NCBI GenBank assembly: GCA_050613775.1
Contig: JBODTK010000102.1
Coordinates: forward strand, 1-64,000
Direction: 5' to 3'
From: Neocallimastix sp. 'constans'
Taxonomy: Eukaryota
Length of the DNA stretch: 64,000 nucleotides
The position numbers and the translations under genes were made by a program. The notes beneath the pieces were generated by a model. That model was not told the origin of the DNA and searched no databases. It worked only from the letters and a program-made list of their open reading frames with translations. Of the stretch, positions 28,494-40,385 are shown piece after piece. The stretch's first letter is position 1. Each line of letters starts with the position of its first letter.

Positions 28494-29187
28494 GGTTGGA
28501 TAATTAATTTTATTTAATATTTGTTGAATAATATGATTAATACCATATTTATTAGTATTATATGTATTTTTATTATAGTAAGTATAATCTACTCTGATTC
28601 GTGATCTGGAATAAAATTTGAAATTTTGGATAAGCATTTTTAAGATAACTGTTTCCAGGATTGGATTTGAAAAAAACATCTAATCTTGATAGGATTATTT
28701 TATTAGTAGTAATATCTAAAATTTTATAAGCTGATAGATTTTCAGAGTATCCCTGGTTTAACATTGTTAACGAATTTTGATTTAAAGATTATAGGAATAA
28801 AAAAATAAATTTTGAATCTAAATAATTTAATATTTGGGTAGTTTATCTTTATTTTATTAATTATTTCTTAAGGGATTTTCAGATTTATACTTTTTTATGG
28901 AATACGATTATGGATATAAATAGGAGTAGATGTAGCATTTTCCCCAAAATTGGTACCTATTTTTAGAATCCCTCAGCATAGCTTTGACTGAATTTATTAA
29001 GGTGCCATTGAAACGTTCCATCCTTCCATTTTGTTGTGAATTATATTATACAGTTAGGTGATGTTTAATACCATAAGATTTGAAGAATAAATAAAGTCAT
29101 TATTACAAAATTTTCTACCATTATATATTTAATTCTATTATTATACTTAATTTTAATAATTAAAAGCCAACTATAAAATGAATTAAA
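28494..29187 (-). mobile_element. Copia integrase and post-integrase relic
   Basis: Reverse complement aligns with ~44025-44755 (QQNGRMERFNGTLINS, KILDITTNKIILSR, SNPGNSYLK). Confidence 0.85.
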
Positions 29188-29350
29188 TGTTATGAGTAAT
29201 TTTATAAAATGTTTATTAAGAATATTTTATAATAAAGATATTTCAAAGAGATAATTTTTTAAATTAAATTTATTTCACATTTTTATATCTTAGTTAATAT
29301 TATTTAATTTACTTATATATTACTTGTTGACTGATATAAGTTAATAATAT
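29188..29350 (-). repeat. Partial family B LTR-like repeat
   Basis: TGTTATGAGTAAT... is colinear with 37262-37430. Confidence 0.7.
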
Positions 29351-31320
29351 AAATAAATATATAAACCAATTTTATACTTTACAATTTTAATAATATAAAT
29401 GTAATATTTTTTTTACTAATAAATTATTAATAAAAAATCACTGAATAAAAATAATTTATTAAGAGGAAATATTTTTACAATATAAAAATTTAAATAAATT
29501 CTTTTTATTCTTAATATATATATATATAATTATAAATTTTATTAATCAGAGATAATAGTTTATAAATAAAATTAAATATCCATTATACTAAATATTTTAT
29601 ATACAATTAATTTAAATTTAATTTATATATTTACTAAAAATTATTTTTACAAGTTTTACATTATATTTTTATTTGAAAATGTTAAATGATAATATTAATG
29701 TGTTGAAAATAATATTTATTAATCATATTTTACATACAAACAAAATAAGATAAGAAATTTACAAAATAGTTCATAAAATTTGAAATCCTAAATATTCAAA
29801 GGAAATATAATAGAATGATAATTTCTTGTGTGAAGTGGATGCATTCTAACAATCATAGTTACTAAATGTGAAATTGATTTAAATAATAACTAACCTATAT
29901 AATTATAATACAAACCTTCGTAATAAAAAGTATGATAAAATAATAAATAATTCCACAAAGTTCTATATAAATGGAAGACATTTATTCATATATATACTAT
30001 ACTTATTAAATGTAAAGTAGTCAAGAGGTATAAATATTAAACCATTATGATTAGAATTTTAATAATGAAAAAACTCAAATATTTAAAATCCTTTTAAAAA
30101 TTTGGATTTTACGTAGGAGTGGACATAATAATATTAAGAGCATAAATATTAAAGGATAGTTACTTAATTAATTCATTGTTTTGATTATTTATTAATTATA
30201 TTTATTTAGGAAATGAATAAAAATAAATTTAAAGAGAAAATTAGCAAAAAATAATCCACAAGAAAAATTAATTAAAATTTAGAAATTTTATAAAATATGA
30301 AATAATCAATATTATTTACTAATAAGTTTAAATTGTTAGAATAATATGAATTGTTATAATTATAATTCAATTTTAATAACAAAGATTATTATTTTATAAG
30401 TAAAACAATATATAATGATTAATAATTTATTTTAATAGTTATTGTTAAAACTATAAAGCGAAAATACATAAAAATTAATGCCAATCTATAAAGAAGATTA
30501 TAATTGAAAGTAATATAAATCTTAAAAAATAAGAAACATTTGCTATTTATAAATTATCCTTTAAGAGAAAGATTTCCATTTTATTAATGATATTTAAAAG
30601 TCATAAATTATGATCTATTAGATACATCCTATATTAATTGTGTAATAATATTAGATATATATATTTTGGAAAAATCATTTTATTACTAATATATTTAAAA
30701 AATTATTTTAGTAATATATAATCTAATAAGAAATTAATATAAATTGAAATTATTTTATTAATATAAATTTAAATTAGATTAGAAAATAAATAATTCATTG
30801 TTTAATAATAATTAAATATATAATATTATAAAATATGATAAACTTAAATATATTTATTCACCAGTAAACCCATTTATTCGTGATAGAATAAGGAGGAATA
30901 TTAAAATATATAAAATAAATGAAAAATAATTTTCATTTGAATTGAAACATATAATAATATAGTTAATGTGTAAGTCACAATACAAAGTTATAATATAAAA
31001 GTATTTAATTTAAAATAATTAAATGAATAACTTTAAATCTTAAAATATATTAATAAAGTTAACATAATAATGGGCCATAAATTCCTGACTCTCGACAATT
31101 ATTATTATTATAATATTATTATTTCATTAACTATAATTGATATTTTTTTTATAAAATTTTAACTTTAATTTGAAATTATTTAAGTAAAGAAAATAATTAT
31201 TTATTAATAGAAATATTCTTTACATTAATGGTCTTTTTCTTATTATTTAAATTTTATAAGAACAAAATTAATGCTTAATTTTTGAATATAATTTAATTAA
31301 ATAATAAATAATTATATATA

Positions 31321-31580
31321 AAATAAAATAAAATAAAATAAATGGTAGAATATAAATATAAAGTATAGATTGAATAAAATAAAATAAAATAAAATAAAAT
31401 AAATAGTAGAAATATAAATATAAAGTACAGATTGAATAAAATAAAATAAAATATATTTTTTTAATAATATAAATCTAAATAAAATTACATAAATTTTTTA
31501 ATAATGTAAATTGAAATAAAGAGGAGTTAATTCGTAAATAATGTAAATTGAAATAAAGTGGAGTTAATTCGTAAATAATA
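31321..31580. repeat. Two small tandem duplications (~61 bp x2 and 37 bp x2)
   Basis: ATATAAATATAAAGTA.AGATTGAATAAAAT occurs twice; ATAATGTAAATTGAAATAAAG.GGAGTTAATTCGTAA occurs twice. Confidence 0.85.
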
Positions 31581-31918
31581 CAAAATAAATAAGCAAATAA
31601 CCTCTCTACTATAATATAAATAATAATAAATAATTTATTTATTATATAATAAATAAAATATATTATATGAAATAATTGTAGTAATGAATGAAAAGTTATA
31701 TATAATAATATTTAAAATAAACTGATTTTAATATATTTAATATATATATTAAATTATGTATTTAAAATAAAAATAAATAATCCAATTTTAATGATAAACT
31801 TTATAATATAATGAAACAATATTTTAAAAGTTTATTATTTAGTATTCAATTGAAATATATATAAATAAAATTTAAAATAATAATTAAATATAAATTAATA
31901 AATGTTTGATAGATTTAT

Positions 31919-31960
<42 letters not shown>

Positions 31961-32554
31961 TATAGAATAAGTAATACTCCAAATATTTTTAAATTAATTA
32001 AATTATATAAATATATTAAAATAATATTAATTTTCTAGATCTAAACAAAATTTTAAAAAATTATTTAATAATAAATAAAGTTTATTTTATTTTATTTTAT
32101 TTTATTTTGTTTTTGTTTTTGTTTTTGTTTTTGTTTTTTTATAATTAGATAATTAAAATTCCATTAAACAAATATATAAAAAGGTGAATGTATTATAAAT
32201 AAAAATCAAACAAACATCTATATAACTTTTATTATTATTTTATTTCAGCAATTTTTATTACTTTAACAAAATTTATATTATATGTTAAATTATAATGTAC
32301 TATAATGTAAAATAATAAAACACAATAAATTGATATATTATAAATAAAATCGAAATTTAATATATTTATATAGGTCTAATAATATACGTAAATTTTTTTT
32401 AATGAATTGAATTTATAAATTAATTCCGAAATAAACCAATTTGATAAAAATATAAATTTGTTTTATATTAACGTATAATTAATAAAAATTAAACTTATAT
32501 TTAAAAAAAAAAATAAAATAAAAATAAAAAAAAAAAATAAAAAAAAAAAGTTAT

Positions 32555-32761
32555 TGTGAAAAGTATAAATCTCTTTTTATTATATAAGAATAAAGAATAG
32601 TATACATACATAATTTTATACTTCTTTATAGTATTTATAATAAAAATAATATGTGGCTTTTTGTTACTATTGGTCACATATCTTACACTAATATATTAAT
32701 TTATATAACATTACTCCTTTAAATAATATAACTATAAATCTTATTATTTTTGTTTCTAACA
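32555..32761 (-). repeat. Family A 3' LTR
   Basis: 207 bp, TG...CA termini, adjacent PPT. Confidence 0.92.
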
Positions 32762-33066
32762 TTCCCCTTCAAATCTAACTTTGGGTGAAAGTTAGAGTTG
32801 AAGAGAAATATTGCAAATGTATTACTATATAAAATAATATTTTTAATAATAATACAACTAACATATTATTAAGTATATGAAAAGAATTATTTTTATTTTT
32901 ATTTGTAAACTTAAGAAATTTTTTTATATACTTTAAATTCTAACGTTTCCCCTTACTTTCAAATTGGATTGGAGTTATTTTTTTATTATTAAAATTATTT
33001 ATTAATCTTTCTTTACTTAAATTATTATTATGTCTTTTTATCTTATTTTATTATTATTATTATTTT

Positions 33067-33520
33067 TTATTTATATGAATCACTTTCTGGGAAATAATTT
33101 ATTGTTTGATGATAGAAAATATTCATAGAATCATACATAAATTGAAGGTAATTTGGTATATCAGCCTTACCCTTAGCTTCTAATAATTCAATATTTTTAA
33201 TGACTTCTTCACATAATAATTCATATTTATCCTTCTTTATTTTATAATTGTTCATGTTCCCTTAATATTGAGATAGCACGTCTACATTCTTGAATGCCAT
33301 TAATTTCGGTACTTAATCTTTATTTTGTTTGAGCAATCATTTGAGTAGTAATATCCATTTCAGTACGAACATTATTATAATTATAAACAGGATCTTCGGC
33401 ATCACGAATAGTTTTATCTAAGAAAGTTTTTAGCCATTCATGGAAGTTTTCCATAACAGGTAAGTATAAATAATTAATATCTTTAGAACTTGAACTTAAA
33501 GAATAACTAACAAGATTTAT

Positions 33521-33585
<65 letters not shown>

Positions 33586-33822
33586 CTTTATCTCCTTTTG
33601 ATTTTGCATCTTTAGATACAAAGGCAAATCGCTTTTGTTCGTTCATAGTTGTTTTCATACAATTAATCATCTTTTTAATATTGTCTTCGGTTGTTTGATA
33701 TATTTCTTCAATCTATTAAGTATATCAATAGTTGTATCAACCTTTGGATCAACAGTTTTAACTGGTTAGAAAAAGCCAAACTGAGCATTAACTTGTTCTT
33801 TAAAAGCTTGATTAAAGCAAGC
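33067..33822 (-). pseudogene. Second arfaptin/BAR pseudogene copy
   Basis: Colinear with 5755-6468; KKDKYELLCEEVIKNIELLEAKGKADIPNYLQFMYDSMNIFY; disrupted by stops and a ~53-nt homopolymer. Confidence 0.75.
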
Positions 33823-33912
33823 TGAAAAAATATAAAAAAAAATTACAAAACTATAACAATATATAATTTATAATATTGGTTTATTGTTGATTATTACATT
33901 TATACTAATATA

Positions 33913-33946
<34 letters not shown>

Positions 33947-34074
33947 TATATATTGATTATATTAAGAGTATTGTATATAACTGTATTTAAATAATGTGTA
34001 TTTTTTATTATTATTATTATTTTTTTTTTTTTTTTTTTTTTTTACTAATTATAAATAATAAAATTTAATTCATT

Positions 34075-34190
34075 TGATAAAATGCTGTATTTGTCATCAT
34101 GTATTACTAGAATATCTCCATTAAATTAATTATTATTTTTATAAAATAAATATAACACTGTTTCAAAATCTACAACGCATTTGTCATTTA
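34075..34190 (-). pseudogene. GT8 glycosyltransferase fragment (cargo)
   Basis: Ungapped 116-nt match to 57271-57386 with 21 mismatches counted by eye; FETVLY.FYK...FNGDILV. Confidence 0.85.
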
Positions 34191-35459
34191 TTTGTTAATT
34201 CAAAGTAATATCTTTTAAATAATAATAAATTGCGAAGGATAAACGTAACTTCTTATTTTCAATAATATTAAAACACCACTGCGAAGATTCATCGGATAAA
34301 TGAGTTAATTTCATAAAAAAAAATATTTTTCAAAAAATCTTTTATTGGTAAATATATTTATTAGTTATAAAATACCTCCAAATCTATTCATAGGTTTTCT
34401 GGTATTAACGATCATATTTTTAATAGCATTTAAATCTCCTTCTTCTTTTTTATATATAAATATATATATGATTCCCATTTATGTTTAGATGTTAAGCATT
34501 GATTTGGAGAATAATAAATAATTCAAATAATATATTTTAAATTTTTTTATATAGATTATCTAAATTTAATCTTCCCTATTATTGTTAATGATATATATAA
34601 ATGGGTTTTATATGAATAAATATGTTATAAAAAAAATTATATAAATATTTTAAATATCAAGTTTCGAGATTTAACAAAATTTAGATTAATAAATGATAGA
34701 TTAGATTTTTATAAATATTATATATTATTAATAATATAATTTTTTTAAAAATATTTTAAATTGTTATTAATATTGATGGAATGTATTAAATATTATTGAT
34801 TAAAGTTTAGCAAAAATAATGAAATTTATATTATTGATTGAATTTAATTAATTTTAATTTAATAAATCATTAATATTATTTTTAATAGATTGATATAATT
34901 GAACATTTTAAAATTATTATAAATTAAAATTTGAAATATATTAAATAAAAATATTATAATAAATTGAAATTTTATTGATTATAAAAGTTTTGTTAAAAAT
35001 AATTTCTCGGATACTTTAATTTTAATTTATTTCTTGAACATTATTTGTTAAAATTTTAGGGTAAAACTTTAATTATTAAAATTTCTATTATTATATTTTC
35101 TGTGGATTGTTTCTAGTTTCAACGTTAATTACTTGTTAATTTTTCTTGATGGTATTTTATTGTATATTAAAAATTAAGTTGATTCATAATAAATGTATAT
35201 TATATCTTTTAAATTATTTTGAATTGTATAATGTCAGAACGGATTTTGTGTGTAAGGATATATTATTTAATATTTAATAATTTTATTATTTTATTAATTA
35301 TATATTTATTTATATTAAAAATAAATTATGTTTATATTATTTATTAATGTTAATATTAATTTTTATAAATCATTTTTATTTGTCTCTTTTTCAATTAGTT
35401 GTTAATTTTTTATTTTATGTGTTTCATTAATATTTAGTTAAAAATAGTTATTATTAATT

Positions 35460-35820
35460 AACTTGAATAAACAGATTATTTGTAATTGATAATTCTTAGT
35501 CTTAATAACTTAAAATGACTATTATTTTAAATTTAATTATTCAAAACTTCACTAGTTAGACTATTATTTTTATTTTTATTTTCTATTATTTTCAATTTAG
35601 TTAGTCTAGTTGACAATCATTTTATACTTAATTATTTACAACTTAGATAAACTAATCAATAATTATTTTTATTTTTATTGTTAATCAACCTAGCTAGTTG
35701 ACAATTATTTTTATTCTATTATCAATTATTCACAACTTAGCTAGTTGACATTTATTTTTTATTTTCAATAATTCTCAACTTAGATAGACTAGTTGACTAT
35801 TATTTTATTTTAATATTTTC
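35460..35820. repeat. Degenerate ~45-50 bp tandem array in the 5' internal region of family A
   Basis: About 7 recurring AACTTAG(n)TAGTTGAC(n)ATTATTTTTATT units. Confidence 0.8.
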
Positions 35821-36099
35821 TTTTTATCTAATTATATGTATATGTATTTATATCATTTTTTATTTTTAATAATTAATAATAACTATGACCTATTACAATA
35901 AGCATTTTATTTTAAATTTTATATCCTTAACATTCTCACAATTGTTCTGTAATATTTTCTTATGGATATTGGTTATTACGTTTTGCTTCTATAATAAATT
36001 TTATAAAAATAATAAAAATATATATTTATTAGTTTGATTAGTAATAATTTTATATTTAAATGATTTTATATTTTATATATTTCAACTTAGCTTTATGGA

Positions 36100-36130
36100 T
36101 AGCTCAACTGAAGAGTTGAGACTCTTAATC
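36100..36130 (-). promoter_or_regulatory. Half-tRNA primer-binding site complementary to the tRNA-Lys(CUU) anticodon arm
   Basis: Minus strand reads LTR-CA|GATTAAGAGTCTCA...TGAGCTA; the plus strand TAGCTCA...AGAG.TGAGACTCTTAATC matches a tRNA-Lys(CUU) 5' half. Confidence 0.75.
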
Positions 36131-36337
36131 TGTGAAAAGTATAAATCTCTTTTTATTATATAAGAATAAAGAATAGTATATATACATAATTTTATACTTC
36201 TTTATAGTATTTATAGTAAAAATAATATGTGGCTTTTTGTTACTATTGGTCACATATCTTACACTAATATATTAATTTATATAACATTACTCCTTTAAAT
36301 AATATAACTATAAATCTTATTATTTTTGTTTCTAACA
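36131..36337 (-). repeat. Family A 5' LTR
   Basis: 207 bp, followed on the minus strand by the PBS. Confidence 0.92.
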
Positions 36338-36926
36338 ATTACCTTCAATCTATGTATGATTCTATGAATATTTTCTATCATCAAACAATAAATTTCTTCC
36401 CAGAAAGTGATTCATATAAATAAAAAATAATAATAATAATAAAATAAGATAAAAAGACATAATAATAATTTAAATAAAGAAAGATTAATAAATAATAGTA
36501 ATAATAAAAAAATAACACCAATCCAATTTGAAAGTAAGGAGAAACGTTAGAATCTAAAATATATAAAAATAATTTCTTTAATTTACAAATAAAAATAAAA
36601 TAAATATTTTTCATATAGTATTATTATTATTAAAAATAAAATATTATTTTATATAGTAATACATTTGCAATATTTCTCTTTAACTCTAACTTTCACCCAA
36701 AGTTAAATTTGAGGGGGAATGTTAGAAACAAAAATATTAAGATTTATAGTTATATTATTTAAAGAAGTAATGTTATATAAATTAATATATTAGTGTAAGA
36801 TATGTGACCAATAGTAACAAAAAACCACATATTATGTTTACTATAAATACCAGAAGAAGTATAAAATTATGTATATATACTATTCTTTATTCTTATATAA
36901 TAAAAAAAAGATTTATACTTTTCACA
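36338..36926 (+). mobile_element. 3' fragment of another family A copy (arfaptin 3' end, PPT, LTR 36720-36926)
   Basis: Aligns with 6390-6994; TTTGAGGGGGAA then TGTTAGAAAC...TTTTCACA. Confidence 0.88.
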
Positions 36927-36929
36927 TAT

Positions 36930-37200
36930 AATTATGTATATATATTTATATTATATTATTTTTTTTTAAAGATTAAAAATAACTATGGCCTATTACAATA
37001 TATTCTCACAATTGTTCTGTAATATTTGTCTATTGATATTGATTATTACGTTTTGTTTCTATAATGAATATTATGAAAATAATAAAAATATATTTTTATT
37101 AGTTTGGATATTAATGATAAATTGATTATATCTTTTATTTATTCCAACTTAGCTTTATTGATAGCTCAGCTGAAGAGTTGAGATTCTTAATCTGTGAAAA
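36930..37200 (-). mobile_element. Diverged family A fragment (LTR tip, PBS, start of internal region)
   Basis: Direct homolog of ~35830-36138, including TAGCTCAGCTGAAGAGTTGAGATTCTTAATCTGTGAAAA. Confidence 0.8.
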
Positions 37201-37261
37201 AAAAATTTATAAATCTAAGAAAAACACTGTATTAATAAAAACAATATAACAAAGTATTTTA

Positions 37262-37462
37262 TGTTATGAGTAATATTATAAAATGTTTATTAATAATTTT
37301 TATTATAAGGATATATATATTTTTTCTAAGAGATATTTTACATTAAATTTATTTCATATTTTTATATCTTAGTTAACATTATTTAATTTACTTAGAGATT
37401 AATTATTGGTTGATATAAATTAATAATATTAATAAATGTATGTAACAATTTCGTCTCTAACA
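37262..37462 (-). repeat. Family B LTR-like repeat (201 bp)
   Basis: TGTTATGAG...CTCTAACA; homologous to 8568-8734; adjacent minus-strand purine-rich tract. Confidence 0.72.
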
Positions 37463-37611
37463 TAAATCTCTTCAACAATAACTCCTTTTAATAAAAAGGC
37501 GAAATTAGATTTTCATTTTCTAAAATATAAATAAACGAACCTTTTACTTTTTAACATAATTTGAAAGAATTATACATGTCTATATTGAATATATATAATA
37601 AAAAAATATAA

Positions 37612-38800
37612 TTGCATAAAAATAAATTTCTTAAATATGAAATAAAAAAAAATAAACTATTATTTGTTTTAAAATTGATAACTTTGAGTATATCATTATT
37701 AGTTATATTTTTTATTAACATTAGTAATGATCCTTTATTATTACCATACAATAATGTTCCAGCAACAATTGCAGCTGGAAATAAAATCAGTATTCCAATT
37801 TCCAATAAAAAAATTTTTATTTCAAATTGGGCTGCTTTAGGAAATTCATATTAATCTATTGAAAATAATGAAATAACTGATTATTCACCAATAACATATT
37901 TCAGAAATTATACAACTTTAGAATTACATATTCTTAATGTTGGTGGTGATGCATATTACGCTACCTTTTATGGTAGTTCAGATACTAAATCCTTCTTGTG
38001 ATGGTAAAGGTCCAGATACTAAATATTATTTCTACCAGTTATGGCAACGATTTATGTGATTCATATGCCGTTGTTATGACCGCTGAAGCAGATGGTGAAA
38101 ATGATAGTATAATGGTTAAAGATTATTGATAGTTGTTATGAATGTGAATGTTCTCACATTGATCTTAGTAGATATGCCTTTGCTGATAAGATAGATGGTG
38201 AAATGAAGCTTATTTGGGTTGTTGCTAATTCCAAGGGTAAGATTACAAAAGATATCATTTAACCATCTTCCCAAACTGAAAAATTCGTTAAGAGTAAATA
38301 TGGTTTAACTAATCCTCAATTTGTTTCTATATACAAGAGTAAGCATTAAATATTATTAAAGAAAGTAAAGGTTATACTAGTTTCAATAAGTCTGAAGTTA
38401 TAGTTACTACTCCAAAGACTACTGTTTCTGCTAATGTTCCAGCCACAACTTCTGCTCCAATTGCAATCGCAACTCCAGCTACTAATTCTATTGTTAATGC
38501 TAAAGATAATTCTATTCCAGATGATGCTCTAATTTTTGGTCAAACCAAAATTATTGATCCAAACAAATCTGATTATACTGATGAAAATATTTAGATTATT
38601 AAAAATCAATTCCCAAATAATGAAGAATAAGAAAGTAGTTACATTTTCTTTCTGCCGCTTTAGCTGTTTCCGATGCCACTGGTATTGGTTTTATTTACTT
38701 AAAGAATCAAAATCCAGGTAAATACGAAGAATTAAATCAAAAATTCCCAGAAACTGCCAACGCTAAGAATTAAAGATGAAAATACATATTACAACTGTAA
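37612..38800 (+). pseudogene. Expansin-like/RlpA-like double-psi beta-barrel membrane protein pseudogene
   Basis: ATFYG...DLCDSYAVV...IIDSCYECECSHIDLSRYAF...LIW, then a T/A/P linker and a TM-like segment (ATGIGFIYLK); multiple stops and frameshifts. Confidence 0.7.
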
Positions 38801-40139
38801 TATAAGTTATACAAATAATATAGAAATGAGAAAAGATTTTAATTTTATAATAATAAAATAAAAATTCGAATTTTTTTTTTAAAAAAAAAAAAATTTCAAA
38901 AGTAAAAAATATTTATCATTTATTATTTAACAAATAATTTGAGTGAAAAATATTTTTTCTAAATAGTAAAGTAATTTAAATATATTATAACATATTTTTA
39001 AAATTTTATTTGTATTTAGAATAAAATAATTTATTTTATAAAAATTTGGGAGTAATTTATTTATTTATTTTTTTAAAAAAAAAGAAATTACTCTTGCTCT
39101 CTTATTTTTGTTATAAATTCAAATGAATTTGAAAAATTTTTTATTAATTAAGTTTTTGAAAAAAATATAAATTATTGATAAAAAAAAAAAATAAAAAAAA
39201 AAGAATATAAAAATAATTAATAAAAAAAAAGTTAGAAAATAAATTGTATATAAACTATTAATAATAAAAAAAAAAAAAAAAATCGATGAATGTGAAAAAC
39301 ACTCTTAGATTCTCAAATAAAGAAGCTGTTAGTAGTACCATAAATAAAAAAATTTTAAAACTAATAATAACGGTAATAATTTAAATGCAAGCATAATTTA
39401 AATAAAGACAATAACAATATAAATGCAAACTTAAATAATAATGTTAACAATAATAATGGAAATGAAACAAACAATATTAATGGAATAATGTTATAAATTA
39501 TAATAATTATGACAATAATAATATCAATAATAAATCAAACATTTAGCAGCAGAAAGTACAGCTGATATTACATCTAATGAAGAATGGTGGAATAAATAAT
39601 GCTGTTATTATCTCTTTGTCCGATACAAGTGTAGTTACTTAAATTGTCATTCAGTGGATTTATCTTAATAAAAAAAAATCATATATAATTCTGTGGCTAT
39701 GGTATTTCATATAATTCATTAAATTATGTTAGTCCAAAACCAAACTGCCCAGTAGGTGAAATTGTAAGATAATTTAATTATTTCAAATAATGACAATGAA
39801 CGTGGTTATCAATTAAGATTTTACAAAATAATAATCAATCTCAAGTTAGTTATCCATTTTCCTTAAATGAAGGTTCATGTATTAACATGAATAAAAAAAT
39901 TTCTGGTATTTTCTAAACTTCTGAAAATATTCCAGTTCTATGTTTATCAAAAGATTTACCTAGATATTTACCAAAAAATTCACCAAGGGAATCACTATCA
40001 AATGTTAATCATGAAGATTTACCAATTACTAAACATGTTGTTTAAGAAATTATTATTAACCCAGAATAGGTTTTAGGTGAAATTATAAACTCTAAAGCAT
40101 TCTTTGCTTTTGCTACAACTTAATAAAAAACAAAGGTTT

Positions 40140-40385
40140 AATTGAATACTTAATATATTATGGAGTAGATATTAATAATGAAAATAAATTTAGGGGAATA
40201 TCATTATTTTATGCATGTAAAAGTAAAAATAAAAATTTAGTAGAATACTTGATAGAACACTGAATATTTTATAAATAAACTAAATGAGTATAATGAAACA
40301 CAATTATATAATTAACATAAAAGTGGGAAATAAAGATATAATAAAATATCTAGTAATACTTGGAACAGATATAAATAAATAATAA
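40140..40385 (+). pseudogene. Ankyrin-repeat remnant
   Basis: LIEYLILYGVDINNENKFRGISLFYACKSKNKNLVEYLIEH, then a further decayed repeat. Confidence 0.7.

Larger units (their letters stand above)
32555..36337 (-). mobile_element. Full-length non-autonomous family A LTR element carrying host gene fragments
   Basis: 5' LTR 36337-36131, PBS, tandem array, GT and arfaptin cargo, PPT GAAGGGGAA (32770-32762), 3' LTR 32761-32555. LTRs differ at ~2 of 207 nt. No retro-ORFs seen; no matching TSD. Confidence 0.85.

Noticed and set aside
31068..31097. TGGGCCATAA resembling a reverse iMet-half PBS
   Set aside because: Imperfect match with no adjacent LTR identified.
35460..35820. Repeat array that superficially resembles CRISPR
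   Set aside because: Degenerate tandem units without unique spacers, no cas genes, eukaryotic TE context.
36095..36135. tRNA-Lys gene
   Set aside because: Only a 5'-half-like sequence with no T-arm or acceptor stem; better explained as a PBS.
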